A program made the translations under genes and the position numbers. 64,000 nucleotides of DNA from an uncultured Gemmatimonadales bacterium (GTDB lineage: Bacteria; Gemmatimonadota; Gemmatimonadetes; Gemmatimonadales; Gemmatimonadaceae), in the NCBI GenBank assembly GCA_963851265.1, contig CAWKNZ010000005.1, positions 249,612 through 313,611 on the forward strand, in the 5' to 3' direction. The notes beneath the pieces were generated by a model. That model was not told the origin of the DNA. It saw only the letters and a program-made list of their open reading frames with translations, and made no database searches. Shown here piece after piece: positions 22,824-34,864 of the stretch (positions within the stretch are counted from its first letter, which is position 1; the number at the start of each line of letters is the position of its first letter).

Positions 22824-24242
22824 ATGATCGTCCAGCCCGCCACCGTCGGGAGTGCTGCGACGGCCGCACCGCCGCACGCGCCGCCGTCGCCCCTCGCGCT
22901 GATCGAGCGCAAGCGGGACGGCGGCCGCATAGCGCCCGACGAGTGGCGCGCGCTTGCCAACGCGTACGCGCGCGGCGCGGTGCCCGACTACCAGATGGCC
23001 GCGCTACTCATGGCGGTCTACTTCCGCGGCCTCGACCGCGCCGAGACGCGCGCGCTCACCGACGCGATGCTCGCCAGCGGCGCGCGGCTCGCGCTCGGCG
23101 GCCTCGCGGCCCACGGCTGGCGCGGCCGCGTGGACAAGCATTCCACCGGCGGCGTCGGCGACAAGGTGTCGCTCGTCCTCGCGCCGCTCGTCGCCGCGCT
23201 GGGTGTCGCGGTGCCGATGATGTCGGGGCGCGGGCTCGGGCATACGGGTGGCACGCTCGACAAGCTCGAATCGATCCCGGGCTTCCGAACGGACCTCCCC
23301 CTCGACCGCGCCACGCGGCAGCTCGAGCGCCTCGGCTGCGCGCTCATCGGGCAGACGGCCGAGATCGCGCCGGCGGACCGCAAGATGTACGCGCTGCGCG
23401 ACGTGACCGGCACCGTCGAGTCCATCCCGCTGATCGCGGCGAGCATCATGAGCAAGAAGCTCGCGGAAGACCTCACCGGCCTGGTACTCGACGTAAAGCG
23501 GGGCTCGGGCGCGTTCACGCCCGAGGTCGAGCGCGGCCTCGAGCTCGCGCGGGCGATGGTCGCGTTAGGCGCGGACCACGGCTGCCCGGTGGTCGCCCTG
23601 GTCACCGCAATGGACCGCCCGCTCGGCCGCGCGTGCGGCAACGCGCTCGAGGTGGAAGAGGCCGTCCTGGCCCTCCGCGGCGAGGGCCCGCCCGACCTCA
23701 TGGCCGTCACCTACGCGCTCGGCGCGGAGATGCTCGTACTGGGTGGCGTCTGCGAGACCCGCGAGGCCGCGCACGCGGCCATGCGCGCGGCGACCGCCGA
23801 CGGGCGCGCGGCCGCCAAGTTCCAGGCGATCGTCGACGCGCAGGGCGGCAACCCCGGCGTCGTCGACGACCCGGCCGCGCTGCCGCAGGCCCCCGTGCGC
23901 GCGCCGTACGAGGCCCCGCGGGACGGCGTCATCGCCCGCGTCGAGCCGCGCGCGGTGGGGCGGGGGATCATCGCGCTCGGCGGCGGACGCACGCGCGTCG
24001 ACGACCGCATCGACCCGGCCGTGGGCTTCTCGATCAGCGCGCGCCCCGGCGACCGCGTGTCGCGCGGCCAGCCGCTCGCGACCGTCTGCGCGCGCGACGC
24101 GGCGGGGCTCGCGGCCGGCCGCGCCGCGCTCGACGCGGCGATCACGATCGTCGACCCGTCGTCGGCCGAGTCGGCGCCCGCGCCGCTGGCGCTCGTCTCG
24201 CACCGGGTCACCGCGGCCGGGGTCGAGGTGCTCGCCGCGTGA
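22824..24242 (+). CDS. pdp: Thymidine/pyrimidine-nucleoside phosphorylase
   Basis: DKHSTGGVGDK, SGRGLGHTGGTLDKLESIPG, SIMSKK. Confidence 0.93.
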   Translation: MIVQPATVGSAATAAPPHAPPSPLALIERKRDGGRIAPDEWRALANAYARGAVPDYQMAALLMAVYFRGLDRAETRALTDAMLASGARLALGGLAAHGWRGRVDKHSTGGVGDKVSLVLAPLVAALGVAVPMMSGRGLGHTGGTLDKLESIPGFRTDLPLDRATRQLERLGCALIGQTAEIAPADRKMYALRDVTGTVESIPLIAASIMSKKLAEDLTGLVLDVKRGSGAFTPEVERGLELARAMVALGADHGCPVVALVTAMDRPLGRACGNALEVEEAVLALRGEGPPDLMAVTYALGAEMLVLGGVCETREAAHAAMRAATADGRAAAKFQAIVDAQGGNPGVVDDPAALPQAPVRAPYEAPRDGVIARVEPRAVGRGIIALGGGRTRVDDRIDPAVGFSISARPGDRVSRGQPLATVCARDAAGLAAGRAALDAAITIVDPSSAESAPAPLALVSHRVTAAGVEVLAA

Positions 24243-24377
24243 GCGCGCTCGGGCGGACGGCCGCGCTCGCCGGCGGCAACGGCTAGCTTTTCGCGTTGCC
24301 GTAACGCGCGCCGCGGGACGCGTCGCGTCCCGCGGCATCCCATCGCACTCTCTCGCTTCGCGCAAAGGTTCTGTCTG

Positions 24378-24656
24378 GTGCCATCGCCCCGACTCTCTCC
24401 CAAGATCGCCCGCTTCCTCGCCATGCAGACCGCGGGGACGCCGGTCATCCTGTTCCTCGTTTGGGCGTTCTGCTTGTGGGAGACGCGCCCCAACTTCTCG
24501 ACCCAGTCGACCGGCGGGATCGACGTCATCAACACCGCGATCACGTGGACCGCGTTCACGCTCGTGTTCGGCGCGCTGGGGGCCGTCAACGTGCTCTTCT
24601 CGCGACAACTCTTCGGCGAGTCCAAGGGAGATCGCCGCGGCGTGAAGACGTGGTAG
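24378..24656 (+). CDS. Small hypothetical membrane protein (2 TM)
   Basis: Two hydrophobic segments, host-like codons, overlaps next gene. Confidence 0.6.
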   Translation: MPSPRLSPKIARFLAMQTAGTPVILFLVWAFCLWETRPNFSTQSTGGIDVINTAITWTAFTLVFGALGAVNVLFSRQLFGESKGDRRGVKTW

Positions 24657-26227
24657 CTGGGCGCGCGCGGCGAGCCACCCGGCGGGCGTGCCAGCTCGCC
24701 GCGGCGGTCGTCCTGCCGACGGTGGCCGGTGCCCAGGTGCGGGCCGCCGTGGTCACGCCGATGGCGACCGGGGACGCGGGCCGGCTCGTCGCCGCGCTCG
24801 CGGGCGATACACCACTCGGGAGCGACCTCGAGGAACTCACGGACCGCATCGGCGGCCGGCCGACCGGGAGTGACGCCAATCGCCGAGCGATCGCGTGGGG
24901 CGTCGAGAAGTTCCGCGCGATGGGCGTGAGCGCGCGGGCCGAGCCGTTCACGATGCCCGGGCTCTGGCTCGAGCGGAGCGCGGCGGCCACGGTCGAGGGT
25001 CCCGGCGTGCGCTTCGCGGCGCACGTGGCCGCGATGCCGTTCTCGACCGCGACGCCGGCTGCGGGCACCACGGCTCCGCTCGTCGACGCCGGCCGCGGCA
25101 CCGACGCCGATTTTGCCCGGCTCGGCGCGCGCGCCCGCAACGCCTTCGTCCTCGTCGAACAGGACGAGCTGAAGGACATCGACGGCCTGTTCAAGGAATA
25201 CGCCGACGCCACGGACATCGAGCGGCGCGCGTTCGCCGCGGGCGTCGCCGGCGTGGTCTATACGGGCTCGCGACCGAACGACCTGCTCTACCGGCACAAC
25301 GTCAGCACCGGCCTGGCGAACACGCGCCCCATGCTCGTGATGGACCGCGACGGCGCGCTGCGCGCGCTGCGCCTCCTGCGGAGCGGCCTGGCCCTCACCC
25401 TCACCGAACGCCTGGACCTCGACCGCGGCCCCGCGTACCAGAGCGCCAACGTCGTCGGCGAGATCCGCGGCGCGGTACAGCCCGACGAGGTGGTCGTCGT
25501 CGGCGCCCACCTCGACTCGTGGGACCTCGGCACGGGCGCGCTCGACAACGGGGCGAACGTCGCGCTCGTGCTCGACCTCGCGCGCCAGGCGCACGCGTTA
25601 GGCCTGCGGCCCGCGCGCACCGTGCGCTTCGTCCTCTGGAACGGCGAGGAGCAGGGCGAGTACGGCTCGGCCGGCTACGTGCGCGCCCACGCGGCGGAAC
25701 TCGACCGCCACGCGATGACGCTGACGTTCGACATCGGCTGCGGGCGGATCACGGGCTTCTTCACGGGCGGGCGGCCGGACGTGGTCGCGGCGACCACGCG
25801 CGCCCTCGCGCCCGTCGCCGGCTACGGCCCGTTCGCCGAGGTCGACCAGCCGATCGTCGGCACCGACAACTTCGACTTCATGCTGGCCGGCGTGCCCAAC
25901 CTGGTCGCCAACCAGGAGCCGGCGACGTACGGCCCCAACTACCATGCGCGCTCCGACGAGTTCGCGGCGTGCGACCTCCGCCAGCTGCGCCAGAACGCGC
26001 AGATCGCCGGCGCGGTGGTGTGGGACGCCGCGAACGCCCCGGCCCGCCTCGCGCGCCAGTCGCCCGCGCAGGTCGCCGACCTGTTCCGCCACAGCGACCT
26101 CGCGCAGCAGATGGTCGCGATGGGCGGCTGGGACGAGTACGTACGTGGCGAGCGCGGTGTCGCGCCGGTGCAACCCCTGCCGAGCACCGCGCCGCCGGCG
26201 GGGAAGTCCGCGAGCGATAATCGTTAG
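24650..26227 (+). CDS. M28-family peptidase with PA domain (start approximate)
   Basis: GAHLDSWD.GTGALDNG, NGEEQG, GTDN, YHARSD. Confidence 0.88.
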   Translation: MVAGRARRATRRACQLAAAVVLPTVAGAQVRAAVVTPMATGDAGRLVAALAGDTPLGSDLEELTDRIGGRPTGSDANRRAIAWGVEKFRAMGVSARAEPFTMPGLWLERSAAATVEGPGVRFAAHVAAMPFSTATPAAGTTAPLVDAGRGTDADFARLGARARNAFVLVEQDELKDIDGLFKEYADATDIERRAFAAGVAGVVYTGSRPNDLLYRHNVSTGLANTRPMLVMDRDGALRALRLLRSGLALTLTERLDLDRGPAYQSANVVGEIRGAVQPDEVVVVGAHLDSWDLGTGALDNGANVALVLDLARQAHALGLRPARTVRFVLWNGEEQGEYGSAGYVRAHAAELDRHAMTLTFDIGCGRITGFFTGGRPDVVAATTRALAPVAGYGPFAEVDQPIVGTDNFDFMLAGVPNLVANQEPATYGPNYHARSDEFAACDLRQLRQNAQIAGAVVWDAANAPARLARQSPAQVADLFRHSDLAQQMVAMGGWDEYVRGERGVAPVQPLPSTAPPAGKSASDNR

Positions 26228-26334
26228 ACACCTGTCCGAACGATCGCGCGCCGTCGCCCGCGTGGGGCGACGATCGCGGTCCGCAGCCCGCCCGCGTCGC
26301 CCCGAGAGTTCGGTCGCTCGCCGCGCTCGGGACG

Positions 26335-26369
26335 GCGAACGGGGCGCCCTACATGGGCGCCCCGTTCGC
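26335..26369. terminator. Perfect 15-bp stem-loop between convergent M28 and gyrB genes
   Basis: GCGAACGGGGCGCCC-TACAT-GGGCGCCCCGTTCGC; no clear U-tract. Confidence 0.65.
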
Positions 26370-26370
26370 G

Positions 26371-28446
<2,076 letters not shown>

Positions 28447-28456
28447 CTACAACTGA

Positions 28457-28792
28457 TTACGGCTTTTGTTCCGCTCGCTTGTGCGTCAGCCGGATGCGCA
28501 CCACCGGCGGCCGGTCCGGGGCCGCGTTGAGCGTGCGCAGCAGCTCGGGCTCCATCGCCTGCAGCTCGGTCATCCACGCGTGCGTGGCCACGGCCACCCA
28601 CAGCGTGCCGTCGGGGGTCACGCTGAGCGGTTCGGTGACGGCCGCGATCTGCGGACCGACCAGCGCCGCCCACTCCGGCACCACCGCCGCCTGCGCGACG
28701 CGGTCGCCGATTCCCGCGTTTGCGAGCACGCCCGCGAGCAGGTCGCCGATCGCGCTCGGGCGGCGCTTGTCGCGCCCCGGATCGCGGCTCAT
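28457..28792 (-). CDS. DUF721/DciA-family protein
   Basis: W..LVGPQIA.VT.P...GTL.V.V...AWMTEL; typical position between recF and gyrB. Confidence 0.85.
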   Translation of the reverse strand: MSRDPGRDKRRPSAIGDLLAGVLANAGIGDRVAQAAVVPEWAALVGPQIAAVTEPLSVTPDGTLWVAVATHAWMTELQAMEPELLRTLNAAPDRPPVVRIRLTHKRAEQKP

Positions 28793-29934
28793 GCCCCGAC
28801 GACCCCGTCGCGCACCGTCGCGCGGTCCAAGCCGGTGAACTCGTCCGGGATGTCGCTCGCGCGCGGCACGGCGAGGATCGCCTGGCCGAGCCCGGCCTCG
28901 CCGAGCAGGTCGAGGATGCGTCGCGCACGACGGGCGTCGAGTTCGGCGAAGGGGTCGTCGAGCAGGAAGAGCGGCGGGCCGCCGATCGCGTCGCGGAGCG
29001 TGGCCGCCTCGAGCATGCGGAGCGCGATGGCGGCCGTGCGCTGCTGCCCGCCCGACCCGTAGGTGCGCAACTCGCGACCGCCGAGCGTGATCTCGAGATC
29101 GTCGCGGTGCGGCCCCACGTGCGTCGCGACGCGCTTGAGGTCGAACGCGCGCCGGTCGGCCAACCCCTGCTCGATGGCCGCGCGCGCGGACGCGATTTCG
29201 GCCTCGGGGCCACCGGCCGCGTCGGCGGGGGCGACGAGCGCGGTCGCGTAGCGGATGCGGACGGGCGCGCGCTCGCCGATCGCGGCGCACAGGGCCGCGT
29301 ACGCGTCCGCACGCGCCTCGACCCACCGCCGCCGCTCGGTCCAGAGCACCGCGCCGTGCTCCGCGAGCGCGGGCTCCCAGACGGCCACGCGCGCCTCCCC
29401 GCGCCCGGTGCGCGCGGCGTCGCGCAGGGCGGCATTGCGGCGCACGAGCGCGCCGCGGTACGCCTGCAGCGCCGCGAGGTACGGGCGCGACGTGAGCGCG
29501 AGCACCACGTCCAGGTAGCGCCGCCGCTCGCTCGGCGCGCCGGACACGAGTGCCACGTCGCCCGGCGAGAGGATCACGCTCGGGACGGCGCCTAACGCAT
29601 CGCTCAGCCGCGCCGGCTCGGCGCCGTCCACGCGCACGCGTTTCCGCTTGCCGGCGCGCTCGAAGCCGACGCCCGCGTCTCGCGTGCGGAGCCCGTCGGC
29701 GGTGGGCACGGCGGCGACCGCCTGCACGTGGAACGCGCCCGCGCCGAAGCGCACGAGCTCGGCGTCCCGCGCGCCGCGCACGGAGCGCAGCAGCTGCAGG
29801 TAGTAGATCGCCTCGAGCAGGTTCGTCTTGCCGTGGCCGTTCTCGCCGACGACGGCGAGCCCCGCGGGCGCGAGGTCGAGCGCGACGCGCTCCAGGTTGC
29901 GGAAGTCGCGCACGACGAGCCGCTGGAGGCGCAC
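28789..29934 (-). CDS. recF: DNA replication/repair protein RecF
   Basis: DFRNL, GENGHGKTNLLEAI, GPHRDDL, SGGQQR, LLDDPFAELD. Confidence 0.93.
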   Translation of the reverse strand: MRLQRLVVRDFRNLERVALDLAPAGLAVVGENGHGKTNLLEAIYYLQLLRSVRGARDAELVRFGAGAFHVQAVAAVPTADGLRTRDAGVGFERAGKRKRVRVDGAEPARLSDALGAVPSVILSPGDVALVSGAPSERRRYLDVVLALTSRPYLAALQAYRGALVRRNAALRDAARTGRGEARVAVWEPALAEHGAVLWTERRRWVEARADAYAALCAAIGERAPVRIRYATALVAPADAAGGPEAEIASARAAIEQGLADRRAFDLKRVATHVGPHRDDLEITLGGRELRTYGSGGQQRTAAIALRMLEAATLRDAIGGPPLFLLDDPFAELDARRARRILDLLGEAGLGQAILAVPRASDIPDEFTGLDRATVRDGVVGA

Positions 29935-29984
29935 GGCGGCCCCGGTCGCCGGCGCGTCGCCCGCGCGCGCGGTCTCCAGCGCGG

Positions 29985-30764
29985 TCAGCGCCCCGTGAAG
30001 CGCGCGGCGCGCTTCCCGAGGAAGGCCTGCGTACCCTCGCGCATGTCTTCGGTGGCCGCGGCGAGGCCGAAGGCGGTGGCCTCGAAGCGCAGCGCCTCGT
30101 CGAGCGGCAGGTCGTAGCCCGCGTTCACCGCCTCGACCGCGAGCGCGAGCGCGATCGGCGCGTTGGCGAGCATGGCCGTCAGCAGCGCGCGCGCGCGATC
30201 GAGCAGCTCGCCCGCGGGCACCACGGCGTTCGCGAGCCCGATGCGGTAGGCCTCCTGCGCGTCGATCTGCTCCCCCGTGAGCAGCAGCTGCAGCGCGCGC
30301 CCCTTGCCGACGAGCCGCGCGAGCCGCTGCGTCCCGCCGTATCCGGGGACGAGCCCGAGCTTGACCTCGGGCTGGCCGAACTTCGCCGCCTCGCTCGCGA
30401 GGCGCACGTGACAGCACATCGCCAGCTCGCACCCGCCGCCTAACGCAAACCCGTTGACCGCCGCCACCGTGGGCTTGGCCGACGTCTCGAACTTGCGGAA
30501 GCTCTCCTGCCCCTTGCGGGCGAGGCGCTTGGCCTCGTACGGCGACGCCCGCCCGACCTCGCCGATGTCCGCGCCGGCGACGAACGCGCGCCCCGCGCCG
30601 GTGAGGATCACGCCGCCCACGTCGTCGCGCCCGGCGACCTCGTCCATCGCGAGCCCGAGCTCGGTGATGAGCGCGTCGTTGAGCGCGTTGAGTTTGTCGG
30701 GGCGGTTGGCGGTGATCGTCGCGATCCGGTCGACGACGTCGAGCGTGAGCGTGGAGTAGGCCAT
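29985..30764 (-). CDS. Enoyl-CoA hydratase (crotonase family)
   Basis: NRPDKLNAL, AFVAGADI, ALGGGCEL, GQPEVKLG, GGTQRL. Confidence 0.92.
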   Translation of the reverse strand: MAYSTLTLDVVDRIATITANRPDKLNALNDALITELGLAMDEVAGRDDVGGVILTGAGRAFVAGADIGEVGRASPYEAKRLARKGQESFRKFETSAKPTVAAVNGFALGGGCELAMCCHVRLASEAAKFGQPEVKLGLVPGYGGTQRLARLVGKGRALQLLLTGEQIDAQEAYRIGLANAVVPAGELLDRARALLTAMLANAPIALALAVEAVNAGYDLPLDEALRFEATAFGLAAATEDMREGTQAFLGKRAARFTGR

Positions 30765-30853
30765 GGTGGGCCCAATATACCGGCGCCCCACCCGGCGCCG
30801 GGGCGCCTCGGGCGTCGGCGGTCGGACCAGATCTTGCCCCGCGTTTCTAAGTC

Positions 30854-32002
30854 ATGACGCCGCAATGGATTCTGCGAAAGGGTACGAAGCGCTCCGGGTT
30901 CCGGTACGTCACCACGGGCGGCAAGCCGGCCCCCGAGTCCGCCCGCGAGCGCGCGACCGCGCTCGTCATCCCGCCCGCCTGGACCGACGTCCACATCGCC
31001 GCGTCGCCCACCGCCGCGGTGCAGGCCTGGGGCTTCGACGCGAAGGGGCGCAAGCAGTACCGCTACCACGACCGCGCCGCCGAGCGCGGGCAGCTGCGCA
31101 AGTTCTACCGCGTGCGCCAGATGGCGCGCGACCTCCCGGCGATCCGCGCCGCCGTCGCGACCGACTTCCGCGCGAAGGCCGCGGGCCAACCCCTGACCAA
31201 GCGCCGCGTCGCGGCCGCGGTCGTCCGCCTCATCGGCGAGTCGTTCTTCCGCGTCGGCAGCGACCGCTACGCGCAGGAGAACAAGACGTTCGGCGTCGCC
31301 ACGCTGCGCAAGAAGCACGTGACCGTCCACGACGGCGGCGAGTCCGGCGACCGCGTCGTCTTCGACTACATCGGCAAGGAGTCGATCCGGCAGCATCAGG
31401 TGGTGTTCGCGCCCGATCTCGTCGCGTTCGTCCGCGAGTTGCTCGCGACGCCGGGCCCGCGGCTCTTCCGCTACCAGTCCAAGGGCGACGACGGGCGCCT
31501 GCACTGGCACGACCTGACGTCGCGCGACGTCAACGAGTACATGCACGACGTGCTGGGCGTGCCGTACTCGGCGAAGGACTTCCGCACGTGGGGCGGCACG
31601 CTCCGCCTCGCGACCATCCTCGCCGACATCGGCCCGGGCAAGACGCCGCGCGAGTCGCAGAAGAATCTCGTGGTCGCGCTGCGGCTCGTCGCGTCCGAGT
31701 TGGGCAACACGCCGACGGTCTGCCGCAAGGCGTACGTGCACCCGCTCGTCATCGCGCGCTACCTCGACGACGGGTCGACCATCGCGCCGTTCCTCACGCG
31801 CGCGTCGGTGACGCGCGCCAACACCCGCGCCGCCGTCGGCGGGCGCGGGCACGAAGGGCACCCGCCGGAGGAGCGGGCGCTGATCGGCTTCCTCGACAAG
31901 TACTTCCCGGAGCGCCGCACGAAACGGCGTGACCGTCGCAAGCGCGACCGGGAGGCCGTCGGCGAGCGGCGCGCAGCCCGCGCGGTGGCGGACGCGGCCT
32001 AA
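30854..32002 (+). CDS. Bacterial type IB (poxvirus-like) DNA topoisomerase
   Basis: IPPAWTDV, GRKQYRYH, FRVG, GK, AKDFRTW, LGNTPTVCRKAYVHP. Confidence 0.92.
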   Translation: MTPQWILRKGTKRSGFRYVTTGGKPAPESARERATALVIPPAWTDVHIAASPTAAVQAWGFDAKGRKQYRYHDRAAERGQLRKFYRVRQMARDLPAIRAAVATDFRAKAAGQPLTKRRVAAAVVRLIGESFFRVGSDRYAQENKTFGVATLRKKHVTVHDGGESGDRVVFDYIGKESIRQHQVVFAPDLVAFVRELLATPGPRLFRYQSKGDDGRLHWHDLTSRDVNEYMHDVLGVPYSAKDFRTWGGTLRLATILADIGPGKTPRESQKNLVVALRLVASELGNTPTVCRKAYVHPLVIARYLDDGSTIAPFLTRASVTRANTRAAVGGRGHEGHPPEERALIGFLDKYFPERRTKRRDRRKRDREAVGERRAARAVADAA

Positions 32003-32018
32003 CGCCCGCGGGCGTTCC

Positions 32019-32543
32019 TCAGCGCGCCGAAGCCAGCAACATCGCGATCTCGCCGTCGAGCTTCTCGGGCGCCGTCTGCGGCGCGTGGCGCGCCGCCACC
32101 CGCCCGCCGCGGTCGACGACGAACTTGGTGAAGTTCCACTTCACCGCCTCGCTGCCGAGCAGGCCGGGGCGCGCGGCCTTGAGCGCGGCGAACAGCGGGT
32201 GCGTGCTCGGCCCGTTCACCTCGACCTTCGCGAACAGCGGGAAGGTGACGTCGTACGTCCGCGCGCAGAACGCGGCGATCTCCGCCTCCGCGCCGGGCTC
32301 CTGGTGCCCGAACTGGTCGCACGGAAAGCCGAGCACCGCGAATCCCTCGTCCCGATGACGCCGGTAGAGCGCTTCCAGGCCAGCGTACTGCGGCGTGAAG
32401 CCGCACTGGCTCGCGACGTTCACCACGAGCAGCACCTGGCCGCGCCACGGCGCGAGCGTGGTCTCGCCGCCGTCGATGGTGTGGACCGGGAGGTCGTAGA
32501 GCGTCGACGAACCGGTCGGCGGCGGGCTCTCGTTTTCGCGCAT
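32019..32543 (-). CDS. Glutathione peroxidase family (Cys-type)
   Basis: VNVASQCGFTPQY, GFPCDQFGHQEP, KWNFTKF. Confidence 0.93.
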   Translation of the reverse strand: MRENESPPPTGSSTLYDLPVHTIDGGETTLAPWRGQVLLVVNVASQCGFTPQYAGLEALYRRHRDEGFAVLGFPCDQFGHQEPGAEAEIAAFCARTYDVTFPLFAKVEVNGPSTHPLFAALKAARPGLLGSEAVKWNFTKFVVDRGGRVAARHAPQTAPEKLDGEIAMLLASAR

Positions 32544-32564
32544 GCGGGCTAATCTACGCCCACC

Positions 32565-34082
32565 ATGCCTTCCATCCTCGCCATCGACCAGGGGACGACC
32601 GGGACCACCTGCCTCGTCGTCGACGCGGACGGGCGCGTGCGCGGTCGGGCCTATCGCGAGCTCACCCAGCACTACCCGGCCCCAGGTCTCGTCGAGCACG
32701 ACCCGATGGAGATCCTGCGCACCGTGCGCGAGGCCGCGACCGAGGCCGTCGCGCGTGCCGGCGCCGCACCCGCGGCCGTCGGCATAACCAACCAGCGCGA
32801 GACCACGGTGTTGTGGGAGCGCGCGACTGGGCGCCCCGTCCACCCGGCCATCGTCTGGCAGGACCGGCGAACGGCCGAGCGGTGCCGCGCGCTGGCCCCG
32901 CGCGCGGCGTGGCTCGCTGAGCGCACCGGCCTCGTTCCCGACCCGTACTTCTCGGCGACCAAACTCGAATGGCTGATCGCGCGCCCCGATCCCGCGACCG
33001 GCGACGCGCTGCGCATTCGGGCCGACCGTGGCGAGCTCGCCTTCGGCACCGTCGATAGCTGGCTCGTCTGGCACCTCACCGGCGGACGCGTGCACGCGAC
33101 CGACCCGACCAACGCGTCGCGCACGCTGCTGTACGACATCGGCGCACGCGCGTGGAGTGACGCGCTGTGCGCCGAGTTCGGCGTCCCCGCCGCGGTGCTC
33201 CCCACCGTGCGCCCATCGATGGGCGAGTTCGGCGTGATGGGCGCCGAATGGTGCGGCGTCGCGCTGCCGATCCTCGGCGTGGCCGGCGACCAGCAGGCAG
33301 CGCTGTTCGGGCACGGCGGGTGGGAGGCGGGCGCCGTGAAGAACACGTACGGCACGGGCGCCTTTCTATTGCAGAACTGTGGGGCGGTGCGGCCCCCGGG
33401 CGGCGGCGGGCTACTCACCACGCTCGCCTGCGACGCGGCGGGGCGGAGCACCTACGCGCTCGAAGCGAGCGTGTTCGTCGCGGGCGCGGCCGTGCAGTGG
33501 CTTCGCGACGGGCTCGGCGTGTTGGCCACGGCGGCCGAATCGGAAGCGCTGGCGCGGAGCGTCCAGTCCACCGACGGCGTCTACTTCGTCCCCGCGCTCA
33601 CCGGGCTCGGCGCGCCCGACTGGGAAAGCGCGGCGCGCGGCACCATCGTCGGCCTCACCCGCGGCACCACGGCCGCGCACATCGTGCGGGCCGCGCTCGA
33701 GGCGATGGCCTACGCGACGGCCGACGTGCTGGGCGCGATGCGCGGCGCGGCCGGCCCGGCGTCCGACTCGACCGGCGCGACTGCGGACTCCCGGCTGCGG
33801 GTCGACGGCGGTGCGACGGCCAACGACTGGCTCATGCAGTTCCAGGCCGACGTGCTCGGCGCCGCGGTCGAGCGGCCCGCCCTGGTCGAGGCCACCGCGC
33901 TCGGTGCGGCGGGGATCGCCGGGCTCGCCGCCGGCGTCTGGCCGTCGCCCGACGCGTTTCTCGGCGCGCGCGAGGCGACCCTGTTCCGGCCCGGCGAGGG
34001 TGCGGCCGCCGCGCAGGCCGGGCGCGCGGGGTGGCGACGCGCGGTGCGGGCGACGCTCGCGTGGGCGCGGGATGCGGGCTGA
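32565..34082 (+). CDS. glpK: Glycerol kinase
   Basis: AIDQGTT, ITNQRET, WQDRR, YFSATK, GDQQAALFG, KNTYGTG. Confidence 0.95.
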   Translation: MPSILAIDQGTTGTTCLVVDADGRVRGRAYRELTQHYPAPGLVEHDPMEILRTVREAATEAVARAGAAPAAVGITNQRETTVLWERATGRPVHPAIVWQDRRTAERCRALAPRAAWLAERTGLVPDPYFSATKLEWLIARPDPATGDALRIRADRGELAFGTVDSWLVWHLTGGRVHATDPTNASRTLLYDIGARAWSDALCAEFGVPAAVLPTVRPSMGEFGVMGAEWCGVALPILGVAGDQQAALFGHGGWEAGAVKNTYGTGAFLLQNCGAVRPPGGGGLLTTLACDAAGRSTYALEASVFVAGAAVQWLRDGLGVLATAAESEALARSVQSTDGVYFVPALTGLGAPDWESAARGTIVGLTRGTTAAHIVRAALEAMAYATADVLGAMRGAAGPASDSTGATADSRLRVDGGATANDWLMQFQADVLGAAVERPALVEATALGAAGIAGLAAGVWPSPDAFLGAREATLFRPGEGAAAAQAGRAGWRRAVRATLAWARDAG

Positions 34083-34725
34083 AGCCCTCGAGGCACACTG
34101 CCGGGCGCTCGCGGCCTGCCGCCGGTGCGCGGCCGAGCTTCCGCCGGGCGCGCTACCGGTGATCCCCGAGTCGCGCGCGCCGCGTGCCATGCTCATCGGC
34201 CAGGCGCCCGGCCCCACCGAGGCGACCAGCCGCCGGCCGTTCCAGGGGCGGGCGGGGAAGACGCTCTTTCGCTGGCTCGCGCTCGCGGGGTTGGACGAGG
34301 CCCAGGCGCGCGAGTTCTTCTGGATCGCGGCTGTGACCCGGTGCTACCCCGGCCCGCACGCGCCGGCCCGGGGCGGCGGCAGTCGGGGCGACCGCGTGCC
34401 GACGCCGGGCGAGCGGGCGCGCTGCGCGTCGTGGCTGGAGGCCGAATTCGCGCTCGTGCGGCCCGCGTTCGTCGTCACGTTAGGCCGGCTCGCGGTGGAC
34501 CGGTTCCTCGCCCCCGCGCCGCTTACGGCGCTCGTCGGTCGGGTGCACGCGGCCGCGGTCGGCGGGCGCGCCGTGCCGGTGTTGCCGCTGCCGCACCCGT
34601 CGGGGGCGAGCGGGTGGCTCAACGTCGCCGAGCACCGCGCCCTGCTCGCCGTCGCACTCGATCGCCTGGCTGCCGAAGTGGCCGCGCTGCGCAGTGCGGA
34701 GGCGACGGCGGCGCCGGCCGGCTGA
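34072..34725 (+). CDS. Uracil-DNA glycosylase superfamily (family 4/5-like)
   Basis: CRRC, IGQAPG, PFQG.AG, RCYPG, LPHPS; overlaps end of glpK. Confidence 0.85.
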   Translation: MRAEALEAHCRALAACRRCAAELPPGALPVIPESRAPRAMLIGQAPGPTEATSRRPFQGRAGKTLFRWLALAGLDEAQAREFFWIAAVTRCYPGPHAPARGGGSRGDRVPTPGERARCASWLEAEFALVRPAFVVTLGRLAVDRFLAPAPLTALVGRVHAAAVGGRAVPVLPLPHPSGASGWLNVAEHRALLAVALDRLAAEVAALRSAEATAAPAG

Positions 34726-34864
34726 CCGGCGGGCCCGGCCACGTCTCCGGTTACGTGCGGAACTTCTATATTCGCCAGGTGTTCGGCAGACACCGGCTCG
34801 ATCGGCGCCCGCATTCCGCGGGTCGACCGGTTGTGCGGGTCGCCGGGCCGTGTGGAGGACCCTC

